A stretch of 64,000 nucleotides of DNA from Hydrolagus colliei. Lineage: Eukaryota. The stretch is taken from the NCBI GenBank assembly GCA_035084275.1, contig CM068765.1:5456001-5520000 (forward strand). The letters are read 5' to 3'. Shown here piece after piece: positions 13,879-27,347 of this stretch; the first letter of the stretch is position 1, and each line of letters starts with the position of its first letter. The notes below the pieces were generated by a model. The model did no database searches. It saw only the letters and a program-made list of their open reading frames with translations, and had not been told where the DNA came from. The translations under genes and the position numbers were made by a program.

Positions 13879-14426
13879 GCCCGTGAGAGCGAGGGAGAGA
13901 GCCACACAGACACACTGTGCTCAGATACAGGCAGCGACACACACAGAGAGAGACGCGACACACACAGAGAGAGACACACACAGAGAGACACACACACACA
14001 CAGAGAGACACACACACACACAGAGAGAGACACACACACAGAGAGAGCTGCTGTACTCGTAACCGGCTCTTAGCGAAACACCTTTATTTTCCACCCCCTT
14101 TTGTGTGTGTGTTGGCAGCTGCTGCTTGTGTGTGACTTGGGGGTTTATTCCCCTATTTGTTTGCATCACTCGAAGGGGGACAGACACACACACACACACA
14201 CACAGTGACACACACACACAGTGACACACACACACACACACAGTGACACACACAGGGGGTGAATCAGAGACACACACAGAGTGAGACAGAGCAACCCGCC
14301 TGGTGTAGCTAAAGTAGCAGAGAAGCCTCCTGTGTAAGGGACAGTTTTTGGATCCGCTGTGTGGGGGGGGGGGGGGGGGGGGGGGGGGTTTAAACCCCAG
14401 TATTTTGCATCAAGGAACTGCTCTGT

Positions 14427-14458
<32 letters not shown>

Positions 14459-14511
14459 TGAGTTTCCTCCCCACCCACCCCCACCGACCCTCGTTTTGTG
14501 CATCTCTTTAA

Positions 14512-15787
<1,276 letters not shown>

Positions 15788-15789
15788 GA

Positions 15790-16550
15790 CTCCCCCCCTC
15801 TCCCCTCCACACACACTCCCCTCCACACTCTCCCCCTCTCCCCTCTCCCCTCCACACACACTCCCCTCCACACTCTCCCCCTCTCCCCTCTCCCCTCCAC
15901 ACACATTCCCCTCCACACTCTCCCCCTCTCCCCTCTCCCCTCCACACACATTCCCCTCCACACTCTCCCCCTCTCCCCTCCACACTCTCCACACTCTCCC
16001 CTCCACACTCTCCCCTCCACACTCTCCCCTCTCCCCCTCTCCCCTCCACACACATTCCCCTCCACACTCTCCCCCTCTCCCCTCCACACTCTCCACACTC
16101 TCCCCTCCACACTCTCCCCTCCACACTCTCCCCTCTCCCCCTCTCCCCTCCACACACATTCCCCTCCACACTCTCCCCCTCTCCCCTCCACACTCTCCAC
16201 ACTCTCCCCTCCACACACACTCCCCTCCACACTCTCCCCTCCACACCCTCTCCCTCTCCCCCTCCCCACTCCACACACTCTTCCCCACTCCACACACTCT
16301 CCCCCTCTCCCCTCCACACTCTCCCCTCTCCCCCTCTCCCCTCCACACACTCCCCCCCCTCTCCCCTCTCCCCTCCACACACTCTCCCCCTCTCCCCTCC
16401 ACACACACTCCCCTCCACATACTCCCCTCCACACTCTCCCCCTCTCCCCTCCACACTCTCCCCCTCTCCCCTCCACACACTCCCCCTCTCCCCTCCACAC
16501 ACTCTCCCCTCATGCACCCCCTCCCCCCCACACACACTCCCTCTCCCTCC
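15790..16550. repeat. C-rich minisatellite immediately after the IER5L stop codon
   Basis: Repeated CTCCCCTCCACACT(CTCCCC) units. Confidence 0.95.
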
Positions 16551-19131
16551 ATCCTTTTTAATGCCCCCCCGCCCCCCCCTTTTTTATTATTTAAAACACT
16601 CTCCTGACCTGAAGATACTGAAAATGACACTTTTTTTAAAAAAAGAAACCCTTGCCTTATTTAGGCATCTGGAGCTGCTGTGTGTTCAGTCTGATGTTTT
16701 CTCTTTGCTTATTCCTCTTGCGAATGTTATCGTTGTGTGTTTTTTTTAACAAAAAAAAACCTTCCCATCGCAGACACAAAAAGGACTTTTTTTCACCTGA
16801 TTTGAAAGCAAACCCCTTTTTGTTGCATCGTTCAAACGGGCCAGCGACTTGCGATCTGTTCCCTCCCTCCCTTCCTTCCGTCTTTTAATTTTTGTCTTTT
16901 TATTCTCTCCCCCCCCCCAAAAAAACCCCTCCAGAAAACAAGAAAATGAGACTTTTCTCTCTCCCCCCCCCCCCCCCCACCCCCACCATCCCCACTTCTG
17001 CGTTAGATCTGAAGCTCTGGAGTGAGTGAGTGAGTGAGTGAGTGTGATCAATATTTTTTGCTTTTTTTCTTTGCTGCTGTTTTATTATTGCTTTTTAATA
17101 TATGTATATATTAATGTGAGTGCGCGCGTGTGTGTGTGTGTGTGTATATATATATATGTATATATATTTAAAGCCTTCCCTGGAAACAAAAAGGACAATT
17201 TCTCTTTTGTATCGAGAGCTTGTGCGTATAAATATTTTTTTGCTTCTGTTAAAAGAAGACATCCTCTTTCTCTCTCTCTCTCTCTCTCTGGGTTTGTATT
17301 TGAACCAGAGACAAGCGTGTGTCCTTATCTTGTGTGTGTGTGTGTGTGTGTTTGGTTCAGGGGGAGATTTGGGTTCTTTTTCTGCGCTGTTTTTGTGGAA
17401 AAAAAAATCTAAAACGGACACACAAAAAATCCCGATTGTTGTAAGGACCAGATCACAGTCGACCCTGGGGGTCGAATGGGACACTTTACCCTCCACACCG
17501 TCTCAGAGCTTTTCTCCCCCAGAAATCCCCCACGACTTCCGAGATTTTTAATTCGAGGTAATGTGTTTTGACCTGTTTTTTGTGAGAGCCTCTCAATGCT
17601 CCCTGTGTGTGAGTGAGTGTGTGTGAGAGAGAGTGTGTGTGTTGGGAGGGGGAGAGAGGGGATATTTTATAAATGCTACAAGATAAACTGGGATTACTTA
17701 TTTGCTTTCGTTTATATTTACCCCCCTTTTTTTTACCCCTCCCGGGTGTTTTGAAATGCGGTTCCCCTTTCCTGTTGGTTGAATGTGTGTGTGTGTGTGT
17801 GTCTCATACATACACGAGTGTGTATGTCCCTTTAAGATCAGGAATGCTGTCCCTTTAAATGGGGTCAGACTTCCTGACGCCGCGGATCCGCCGCCGTTTG
17901 GTTGAATGGGGGACTGGGAGGCACCACGTGATGCAGCCCGGTGTCCCTTAAAGGGACAGGCCCACCAGCCACACACGGGACCAGCATTATTTCCAAATGC
18001 TCCACAATGCGCCTTAAATTCGGCTCCAAATGGGTTCCTTTTGTTGGGGGGACGAGAGAGAGAGAGGTGGGGGGGATTCATTTAATTTTTTTCCCCAAAA
18101 AATTGTTCATCCAAAAGACAAATCTTATTCTTTTTTTTAAATGGCAATTTCTCTCTTAAAACAAAGGGACCCCAGTGTTATTGCCGACAAAACGCTCCCT
18201 CTCTCCAGCAGGGAAACTGCTTGATGGAAAGTGTGTGTGTGTCCTCTCTCTGTCCGGGGGCAAAAGAGATTTTAAACCTTTGAATGGCACGAAATTGCCA
18301 CTTTTTTTTAAAAAAAATTAGAAACAGTGGGAATGGCCCAGGGGATTGCTTTAACCCCCCCCCCCACCACCCTCCTTCCTTCCCAGTCACTACTTCTAAA
18401 AATGAATAGTAACTTTCTTCCTAGGGTAAATTCCCAACCCCCCCACCCTACCTTCATCTCACAGCCTCTCAGGTCCAGTAATCAGATCTTTAGTGAGTAG
18501 CAGTGATTATTAAGATAATTTCGGTCTTTTTTTTCCCCAAAAAATAAAATAAATCCTTCCCACTTCAGTCTCTGGACGCGATCCTAGAGTCAACATCAAC
18601 TCTTCCCACTGTGAGTGAGTGAGTGGTGTCACTGTTACAACTTTTGAAACGTTATTTTTTTTTAAGTTCTATAAAATGCAAGCTCCAACCTCATTTCACG
18701 TTAAAAAAAAGCATGATTTCAAACTTCCAGTCGCGAAATAAACTTTTTGTCACTCTTTCCACCCCTTCCCTCCCCCCACCCTCGCCCACACACATATATA
18801 TATATATCTACACACACACAGTATACACACACATCACCCAGTGCTGTGACATTAACTTGTGGTTGCTGCCATTTAATGTTCATTTTAATGTGGACATACA
18901 GTATCTTGACTTCCCCCCCCCCCCCCCAGTGAACTGAGCGAATATTATTGTTTTAAGTTTTTTTTATATATATAAATATATTAGCTACCTTTTGTTGTAA
19001 AAGGGTCGAGCTACCAACTTGCATTTTAAGTTTATCATGTCTGCCCGGGTTCACTTTGGGGAGAAAATTCCCCTGACAACACCTGCCAACACCATCGTTA
19101 GTGTGTCTGTAATCTGTATTTTTGTGCTTTT

Positions 19132-19137
19132 AATAAA
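19132..19137 (+). terminator. Probable IER5L poly(A) signal
   Basis: AATAAA at the end of an AU-rich 3' region, followed by U/GU-rich sequence. Alternative AATAAA hexamers lie near 18543 and 18737. Confidence 0.5.
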
Positions 19138-19325
19138 TTGTATATCGCCACATTTGACCGTCTTTCAAACTTGCTTTGTCTCTTTTTGAAAGTTGTTTTA
19201 GCTGCTAAGTCTTTCTTCCCGGATCTGTCACTCCTTTGGAAATTACCAGGGTCCCCATGGCTTTGATTCACCCACAGAGCAGTGGGTGAGAGGGGTGGGG
19301 GGGGGGTGAAAAAAAAGCCGTGACC

Positions 19326-19570
19326 AAAATACTGCAGATGCTGGAAATCTGAAACAAAAACAGATTGCCGGGAACACTCAGCAGGTCAGGCAGCATCTAT
19401 GGAGAGAAAGGAAAAGTGAGTAAACGTTTTGGGTCCCACGGCCCTTCGTCAGAACCCGAACCCTTCTGACAAAGTGTCGTGGTCCCGAAACGTTGACCCA
19501 CTTTTCCTCTCTCCATAGATGCTGCCTGACCTGTTGAGTGTTCCCAGCGCTTGCTTTATGCTTTTGTTTT
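19326..19570. mobile_element. Palindromic Penelope-like element remnant
   Basis: Inverted arms of about 85 bp (19367-19454 and 19464-19548) with CTGACGA..GAAACGTT-type cores; resembles the palindromic repeat common in cartilaginous fish. Family assignment is from recall. Confidence 0.65.
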
Positions 19571-20342
19571 ATATTAAAAAAAGCGCCTTGGTCAGGTCAT
19601 TCACTTCCTGGCAGTTGGGGAATTTGCTGTGTGTGAATTGGCTGCTCTGTTTTCCTGCAAAAAGTCTCTAGACTTTACAGTAAATCATGCGCAGTATTTT
19701 GTCTCAGTGTAATGAGCTGCTCCGTCTTATCTGCTGGCTGCATTCGCTTCTTCACTCTGGGAATCACTGTGTGGGTAGCTTAATACTGAGAGTGGTTCTC
19801 CCAGTTTGTGGGGGGAATTGATGGAGGCTGAGTGTTGCTTAGGGATAGGGGCTTGCGAAGAATCGCAGAATTTTACAGCACAGAAGGAGGCCATACCCAC
19901 GAGGTCCCGCTCCCCTATTCCTACCCCCATTTCTCCCTGTCGAGGATCCATCCAATCCCCCTTTTGAAAGCTATTATCGAAGCTGCTTCACAACCTTGAC
20001 ACTTCCCCTGTTTTGCTCTTTCTTCCCTCCCCTCCTCCATGGACATCATCTGTTTGGTGCTTTTTGTCTTGCTTGCCCTCCCCCACCACACACGCACACA
20101 CACACACACTGTTGGGTGCCTCACCACTTCACCTATTCTGATGTAAAGTGTACACTGGTTGGATTCAGTGCCTGATGTTTGCTGGTTTCTTGTGCGCTGG
20201 TTTTGAGAGCTGCACTGGCCTCTAAACTGTAAGGAGGAGAGTAAATTTGCCTGAATTGCCTGTTACTGATGGCTGTTTACTGTCCCCTGCTGGTAGCTCT
20301 TCCTAGGTGTAGCTTCACTTTGCCAATGACTTGCTCATTATA

Positions 20343-20710
20343 AGAATAATCCTTTTATGTGTTATAGCCCTTTTCACTTTTCAGTCTGCTAGATGTCTGA
20401 AAGCGCTTCACAGAATATACTACAATATAAAGTGAATGAACTGTATATACGTGGGCGAAACACAGCAGCCAATTGCGCACAGCAGTGCCTCACAAACGCC
20501 CAAATTACATTTGTAGAAGAGCCTTTCAAATCGGGTGGAAGTCCCAAGGACAGAAACAGTAGCGGATTGAAATGAACAATTTATTATAAGAGATTATTAT
20601 TAGGCGTGGGGAATAAGGGAACTCGCCCAAAGTTTCACCCTGCCTGGAATTGAACCCAGGTCTCTCGCTTGTGAGACAAGATGCTCTAACCACTGAGTTA
20701 CAGGACTCCA
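20343..20710 (-). mobile_element. tRNA-derived SINE with an internal L2-tail insert
   Basis: Reverse complement of the family, interrupted at about 20500-20550. Confidence 0.8.
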
Positions 20711-21096
20711 CAAAGGAAGTCCACGTTATATGAAGGCTGTTCAGTGGGGAGCAGAGGCTATTGAGATTCTCCAAAGTTAACTTAAATGGCCAGTGCATTG
20801 TAGACTAGACCAAGTTTCTCTCATCACCATATCAGATAATGGCAAAGAACACATTGCTGTTAAATGTATCTTTCTCTTCTCTGTTTCCCCCCCCACCAAT
20901 TCTCTACATACTCCTTCCTTCTGCTGGGATACGGCTCTCATTAGAGGCCAGGCCTGGTTGCCTTATCAGGAAGAGCGAACAGTAGCCAAGCCTGCCTTGC
21001 CCCTCACATCTCCTAAGAGCAAGTCTGCCTGATTTGCCATCTTTAATACAGGAGCCCATCTGGAGCCCTGTTGCCTGGCTCTAATACTGTCTAATC

Positions 21097-21381
21097 ATAG
21101 ATTCATAGAATTTTACGGCACAAAAGGAGGCCATTCGGCCCATCTAGTCTGTGCCGGCTCTTTGAAAAGAGCGATTCAATCCCACTGCCCTGCCCGCTCC
21201 CCATAGCCTAATACACCCGTTCTCCCTAAATAAAGATCTAATTCCCTTTTAAAAGTTGTTATCGAATCAGCCTCCACCACCTTTTCAGGCAATGCATTCC
21301 AGATTCGAACAACTCGGTGAGTGAAAAAATTTCTCCTCAGCTCCCCTCTACTTCACCTTGAAACTATTTTAAATCTGTGAC
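21097..21381 (-). mobile_element. CR1 LINE 3' end
   Basis: CATAGA..GGAGGCCATTCGGCCCATC..GTGCCGGCTC, the typical reverse-complement CR1 tail. Similar remnants lie near 4687-4790, 19860-19990, 25465-25600 and 54152-54205. Confidence 0.75.
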
Positions 21382-23417
21382 CACGAGTCACAGATTTAAA
21401 GGTGTAATAAGGGTGTAATACTACCTGGGGAAAAGGCAATCACCCCTCCCATTAATATGCAGTGTTTTGGGGGCCATAAACCCAAAGCCCCAATGGGTGT
21501 TGCAATCCTAAGTGGTTCTCAAGTCTTGGCTCTGGTCTGAATAGGTGGATACAACCTCAGTTTAATGAATAAAGCTCCCACTACTCTCCTAATAAGTGGG
21601 GGTGTAGCAGACTGCTACAGCGAGGCTTAAAGGGTGTATCAGAGAGTTACAGTGAGTTGAGGAATTATATACACGCAGACGTACTGGGGTAAACATTTGC
21701 TCTCTTTGTTGGGGCAACGAGCAGAATCAGATCAGCAATTGGTATTTTTCGAAGCCAACATAAGTATTTTTAACCATTAATTAAAATAATTATTTTGACC
21801 ATATTGGTTAATATATATTCACAATGTCAGTGGTGAAGTAGGATTAGGACATAATTGGTGCTTGAGTTAGTTTGTGTTGGCCTACCTGAGCATCCCATTG
21901 TACAACAGCTCCATCTTGTAGCCATTCAGGCAAATTACATCTGCAGTCACTCAAAAGTATAAAACAGAAATAAATGTAACTACTGTAACATTAAACACCA
22001 GCTATATAAAAATGGGTGTGGATATTTTAATATGAAATCATTCAAACATTCAAATAGCATGTAGACGCTGAGCTAGCTTTAACTCAATTCTATCAAGGAA
22101 ATCAAATAATTAATTTCAAAGTAGTTAATAATGTTTCAATAATTGTATATATGTATTTGAAAAAAAACTTTACAATTGATATATCAATCATCACATCAGC
22201 GTACGTCACAAAGCGCTTCACCGGATTTAATGTAAAGTGTAGTGACTGTGTATTTTGTGGGTACAAAACGCAGCTGGCGTTTTGTACAGAGCAATGTCCC
22301 GCAAACACCATGAGGTAAATTACAATCTATGTTTGGGGGATTGTTGGCCAGGACACTGGGAGACAGAACCTCACTTCTGTTTTCCAATAGTGCTACGGGA
22401 TCTTTAACATCCACCCTAACAGGCAGGCGGAACCTCATCCGAAGGGCGGTATCTCCCAACAATTCAGCTCCCCCAGCACTGCACCATTGTGTTTATATGT
22501 GAATATTGGGACACGGAGTGGACTGTTGTCGCGTGTAGGGCAAGCCTGGCTCAGATACTGGCAGAGTTCTGTACAGTATGAATGAGCTAAAATCTAAAGC
22601 TGTCTTGTTTACCTGCGTTCCCAAACTGCCCAGTGCAGTGTCTGTGTGTCTCCATCCACTGACTTGCTCTGGAACTCTCCATCTCCACCCACTCACAAAT
22701 CCCATCTAAAGACCTCCCTCTCTGATTGTGCTTACGGTCACGTCTCCCCCCCCCCCCCTGGCTCGGCTTCCGTCCCCGTCACAGTCAAGCGCCCCGGGAC
22801 ACTATCCAGCGCAATGGGCGCTATATAAATGCAAGTTGTTGTTGTGTGATCACTGAGCTTCGGGATTTCTTAAATGACAACAAAATACAGCGCCTAATGC
22901 ATCCAGAGCAGGCAGGGGATAGAGGGGAATACCAGGGTGGGTGGGGCTAACATGTTTAATGTATAAACATGATGTGACTAGTTGGGCTGAATGGCTTGTT
23001 TCCTGCCGTGTAACTAACCTGGTCAAAACATCTCCCAAGTGCTTCAGTGAGGTGACCGACCGCCTGCGTTGGGGAAGGCAGCGTTGGCAGGAACCTGGTG
23101 GTGCCTGGCACAGCTGGCGTGGACAGACCGCGAGAGAGCCGCACGTGTTGTGGAGGGAGCAGGCGCCAGCTGAGCAGAGGCGAGCAGTGATTAGTGACAG
23201 GATGTGAAAGCTCGTCCCGAAATCAGCCAATTTCTCCCAGCCACAGCACAGGGATCTGGAGCTGATTACCAATGTTCCCCTGGGAACAGGCCTCCCTCAT
23301 CAGACTCAATCAGTGGGGCAACATTAATAAACTTACCTTCACTGCTCAGCTCGCCTTTTAGTTGTACCTTTAAAACTCTCTTGAGCTTCTCTGCTTCACT
23401 CAGGCACTGCATCAGTC

Positions 23418-24145
23418 AACAACAACAACTTTGATTTATATAGCGCCCTCCACGCCGGACGGCGTCTCAGAGCGCTTCACGGTAGAGGATTCCGGGACCG
23501 AGCCAGGGGCAGAAAGGTGACCAAAGGCGCGGTTGAAGAGAAAGGTCTTCAGCTGGGACCTGAAACTGGGAAAAGAGGGGGCGAGGCAAAGGGAGCGAGG
23601 GACGGAATTCCAGAGCCTTGGGGCATAGTGGCTGTAGGCCCGGCCGCTGAGGGTGGAGTGGAGGATTCGGGGGACATGGAGGAGGCCAGACCCAGTGGAG
23701 CAAAGGCAACGGGTGCTGGTTTTGAGGAGAGAGGTCAGAGAGGTAGGCGGGTGCAGAGGAGTGGAGGGATTAGTCACACCTCTCCCTACTTCTGTGACCC
23801 GCTAACTCCATACCAACCTGTCCACTACCTCTGCTCAGTGGGCTCCGGCCTGCTTCACATCTCCAACCATTGGCGGTCAGGCCTTCAGCCTCTGCCCCTA
23901 CCCTTTGGAACTCCATCCCACAGTCCCACTGCCTCGCACCCTTCTTTGCCTCCTTCAAGCCCCATCTTAAGAGCTTCCTCTTCAAACTCATCTTCAATCA
24001 GCCCCTCCTTCCCTACGCTCCCCACCAGAAGACTTGAGTTGAAGAGGAGGGTCTTGAAATTGATTTTGAAGGAGGCAAGGATGTGGAGGGACTGTGATGG
24101 AGGGACTGTGGGATGGAGTTCCAGTTCCGGAGGTGGTGAAGGCCC
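23418..24145. mobile_element. Cluster of L2 3' fragments (minus 23418-23775, plus about 23780-24010, minus about 24025-24145)
   Basis: GRAYSHYAPRLWNSVP..FRSQLKTFLF translation and an L2 tail ending in (TTG)n. Confidence 0.85.
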
Positions 24146-24889
24146 AAAAATAAAATAATGTGGTTCTAAGTGCTGATATGGGACTTGAACCCACAACATT
24201 CTGATTCAGAAACTAGTGTTAACACTGAGCCAGGCTGACACACTGCAAGAACGAACTGGAGAGTGCTACTTTTACCTGCAGAGGAACTCAACCTCAGATT
24301 AGGATTTTCTTTGCGGATTTATTGAGGAAACGATGAGAAGATTGTAGCCAGAAGAGCCTGTGGTGACCTGGTGTCAGCCATCACTGTACAGAGACCAATC
24401 CTCACCACTCACAGGCTTCATATAGTCACGAACGGTTAATTTTGTCTACGGATGGAGTTTTCACTGAACAGAACTCCTAATCGCAGCACGTAATCAAAGG
24501 CTTTGAGGAGCTCATCAACTCCCAGTGGTCAGGTCACAGCCTCGTGCTGAGCTTTCTCTGAGGGAGGTCTAGCCTTCCATCTCTGCCTCTGTCAAGGCCT
24601 TAAAATGATCACTGCTCTCAGGGCTCCTTATTATTTGGCTCAGCCAGGAGTTAGATGCTATTCATGGGGAGAGTTGTCAGTGAGTGTCGGTGGAGGGTCT
24701 CCTGAGCGAGCCTGATCGCGGCTCTTCCCACATGCACTTCCCAGCAGTGATCAGGAATGCTCCAGATTTTACACAAGCAATCCGCACCATGTGACCCACT
24801 GATGTAAAGGTTTGCTTTGATGCAGTTTGATTTAATTTCACGATAATAAAGCAGAGATTTGATTATTAATAATAATAGTAATACCTTAG

Positions 24890-25300
24890 ATTAGAGGCAC
24901 ATTTCACATCAGGAAGAAGTCTCCAAGTACTTCACAGTACAGTACAGTGTAGTGACTGTGTATTTTGTAGGTGAACATCCCAGCTAATTTGCACACAGCA
25001 ACGTCTCACAAACCACCAATGGAGTGAGTGACAATTTTATTTGGGAGATTGTTGGCCAGGACACCAGGAGTGAGAAATCTTCTCTTTTTGAACAGCGTGG
25101 TGGGATCTTTAACTTGCGGTGGGATCTTTAAACAGGCACAGATGGGGATCTTGGGTTTCAATGTCTCATCCGAAGGATGGCACCTCCAACAACACAACAC
25201 CCCACAGAACCGCAATAGGATATCAGGCTGGACTGAGTTCAAAGCACCAAAGTAGGTCATGCATCTGACTCAAAGCCCAGGGTGCTACTGACTAAGCCAA
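24890..25300 (-). mobile_element. Older Deu-domain SINE
   Basis: TTGTTGGCCAGGACACCAGGAG..CTTTTTGAACAG..GGGATCTTTAA..CTCATCCGAAGGA. Related copies lie near 22195-22490, 29860-30085, 41190-41480 and 63030-63245. Confidence 0.7.
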
Positions 25301-25698
25301 CACGACAAACAGACTTATGAATTTAAACCCAATTACGTCTTTTCCGTTTCAAACTACTGGCCTGTAGTACAAAGTCCCCCAGCCCCATCCCATAGGAGAT
25401 TGCCGGGCCAGGCTTGGTTTCTTCTTGCCCCCTGCCCCCTACCCCCCACTCGCCCATTAAGAATCCACAGAATCGGGTGAAACACAGAAATGGCAGTAAG
25501 TTCTTCAGCCCCTCAAGCCTGTTCCACCATTTTAATAAGATCATGGCTGATCTGTACTTCAGGTAATAGTTACTCGCCCTTGCCCCATATCCCTTCATAC
25601 CCTGACCGAAGTTTCAGCACCAACACTGGCTTCCCTGCGGCCACAAAACACCAACAAAAGTTTTGTCAACTGAACGTTGAGGGTAAGATCCCTTCATC

Positions 25699-25704
25699 TT
25701 TATT
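25699..25704 (-). terminator. Candidate PTPA poly(A) signal
   Basis: AATAAA on the minus strand about 1 kb after the stop codon, followed by GU-rich sequence. Confidence 0.4.
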
Positions 25705-26707
25705 CTCTATAATACAAAGCAGACACCTCCTCACGCGTCCACTGAACACCTGGTTGATTTGTACACACACACGCTCACACATAAATCTAAGAGGATTTGA
25801 TGATATTAACACCCTTTAAATATTGTCTAAACACGGAACTGACAAAGGCTGAAATCTACTGCTTCCAATGATGTGGAATCACTCAACACTGAAGGCTGCA
25901 TCGTGTAAAGCAAAAGTGCAACTGAGAGTTACTGGCGGAGAAACACTTTTTTTGGTTTAAATTCTTACCAGCTCCTAGGTTATCCTGGTGATGATGGTAA
26001 AAATATGGGAGCTTATCAGTTTCGGACCCTGTGTGTCTGTCTGACGGATGAACAAACGGATACGGGGGTGGGGGTGGGTGGGGTGGGTGTGGGATGGGGG
26101 GGGGTGAAGAGGGCGTCATTGAGGACTGTGCAGTTTAGATTCTTAATGATTGTGGACCCACAACAAGACCCCAGTAAGATTTATATGTATATATATATGT
26201 ATACAATAAACAGTACAACAGCTCAGTACCAAGGGCCGGTGATCTGGTAAACACACAGGGTACAGCGAGCTGGTTGATGAACTTTGAGACTGGGTGTTGG
26301 AAAGGGTTTAAGTCAGCGAGTGACGTGGAACATCGCTGCCGTCGCTGTGACAAAGAACGGCAGGAACCAAGCTAAGACGTGGCAAAGAGAACAGTAACTT
26401 AAGACCCTCTGAATCACACCGTGCCCGCCCCCACCCCACCCACCTGAACCCTGAGACGCATCTTAGGATAGTGCTGGAGAAAAGCTTGCGTCGGGCGGTC
26501 AAACATCTCCCCCAGTGCAGCCACCGCCGATGATCACACGTAACAAGCCCCCAAACCCCGCTCCCCTCTCCCGGCTCCAGAGGCTGGTGGTCTCAAATCA
26601 CTCCAAAACAAAGGGAAAACAAAAGAGTCACAGTTTGGGAGGAAGACTTGCAGCCCCCGGCTGGTGTCTAGAAACCAATCGCACGTCTGTGAGCTGCTGG
26701 GCCCGGC

Positions 26708-26791
26708 TCAGTGCTGCTGTGTCTGTGTTGGTTGGATGGAGAGCAAGCTGCCAAATTTGAAGTGCTGGATCACGGGGAATTTATCGAGGCA
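26708..26791 (-). CDS. PTPA: PTPA last coding exon
   Basis: cag|CLDKFPVIQHFKFGSLLSIQPTQTQQH*, with TGA at 26710-26708. Confidence 0.95.
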   Translation of the reverse strand, partial: CLDKFPVIQHFKFGSLLSIQPTQTQQH

Positions 26792-27305
26792 CTGGGGGAC
26801 GAGAAACAAGACGGGGTTAGTCAAGGCCAGGCTGCAGCACCGCAGACACTCTCAAAGACTTGGTGGGGCCTTCACCGCTGGGGCCTTCAGACCTCAAGAC
26901 GCTGGCAGCTGATGTCTGTGTGTAGCTACTCTGCTGCTCACTGACCAGGCCACCTACACTCATTGCCGGGGGAATGCTCATGGGAGAGGATAATAAATTG
27001 TGAGGGCTCAGGCCCGAGTTAATGGTTTACTGATATCTTCTCAATCCTAAGGAGTGTAGACAAGCGGCAAGACCTTATACGGCACATTTTCGCCGACACA
27101 ATGCGGTTGTATTCTGTGAAGCTCTTTGAGACGTCTCAAAGACATGCTGAGGCGCTATACGAAATGCAAGGATTTTCATTATTATTATTATTATAGCTCC
27201 CCTCTAAGAAAGCTTTCTCTCCCCTCCACCCCAGTTTAACATGTCTGCTATCCTGAAAGCTGACAATGAAAGGCGGTGAGGAGGATGAGGAGGAAGGTGA
27301 TGAGC

Positions 27306-27347
<42 letters not shown>

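Noticed and set aside
23517-24158. 213-aa ORF
   Set aside because: Chance read-through across adjacent L2 fragments in mixed orientation.
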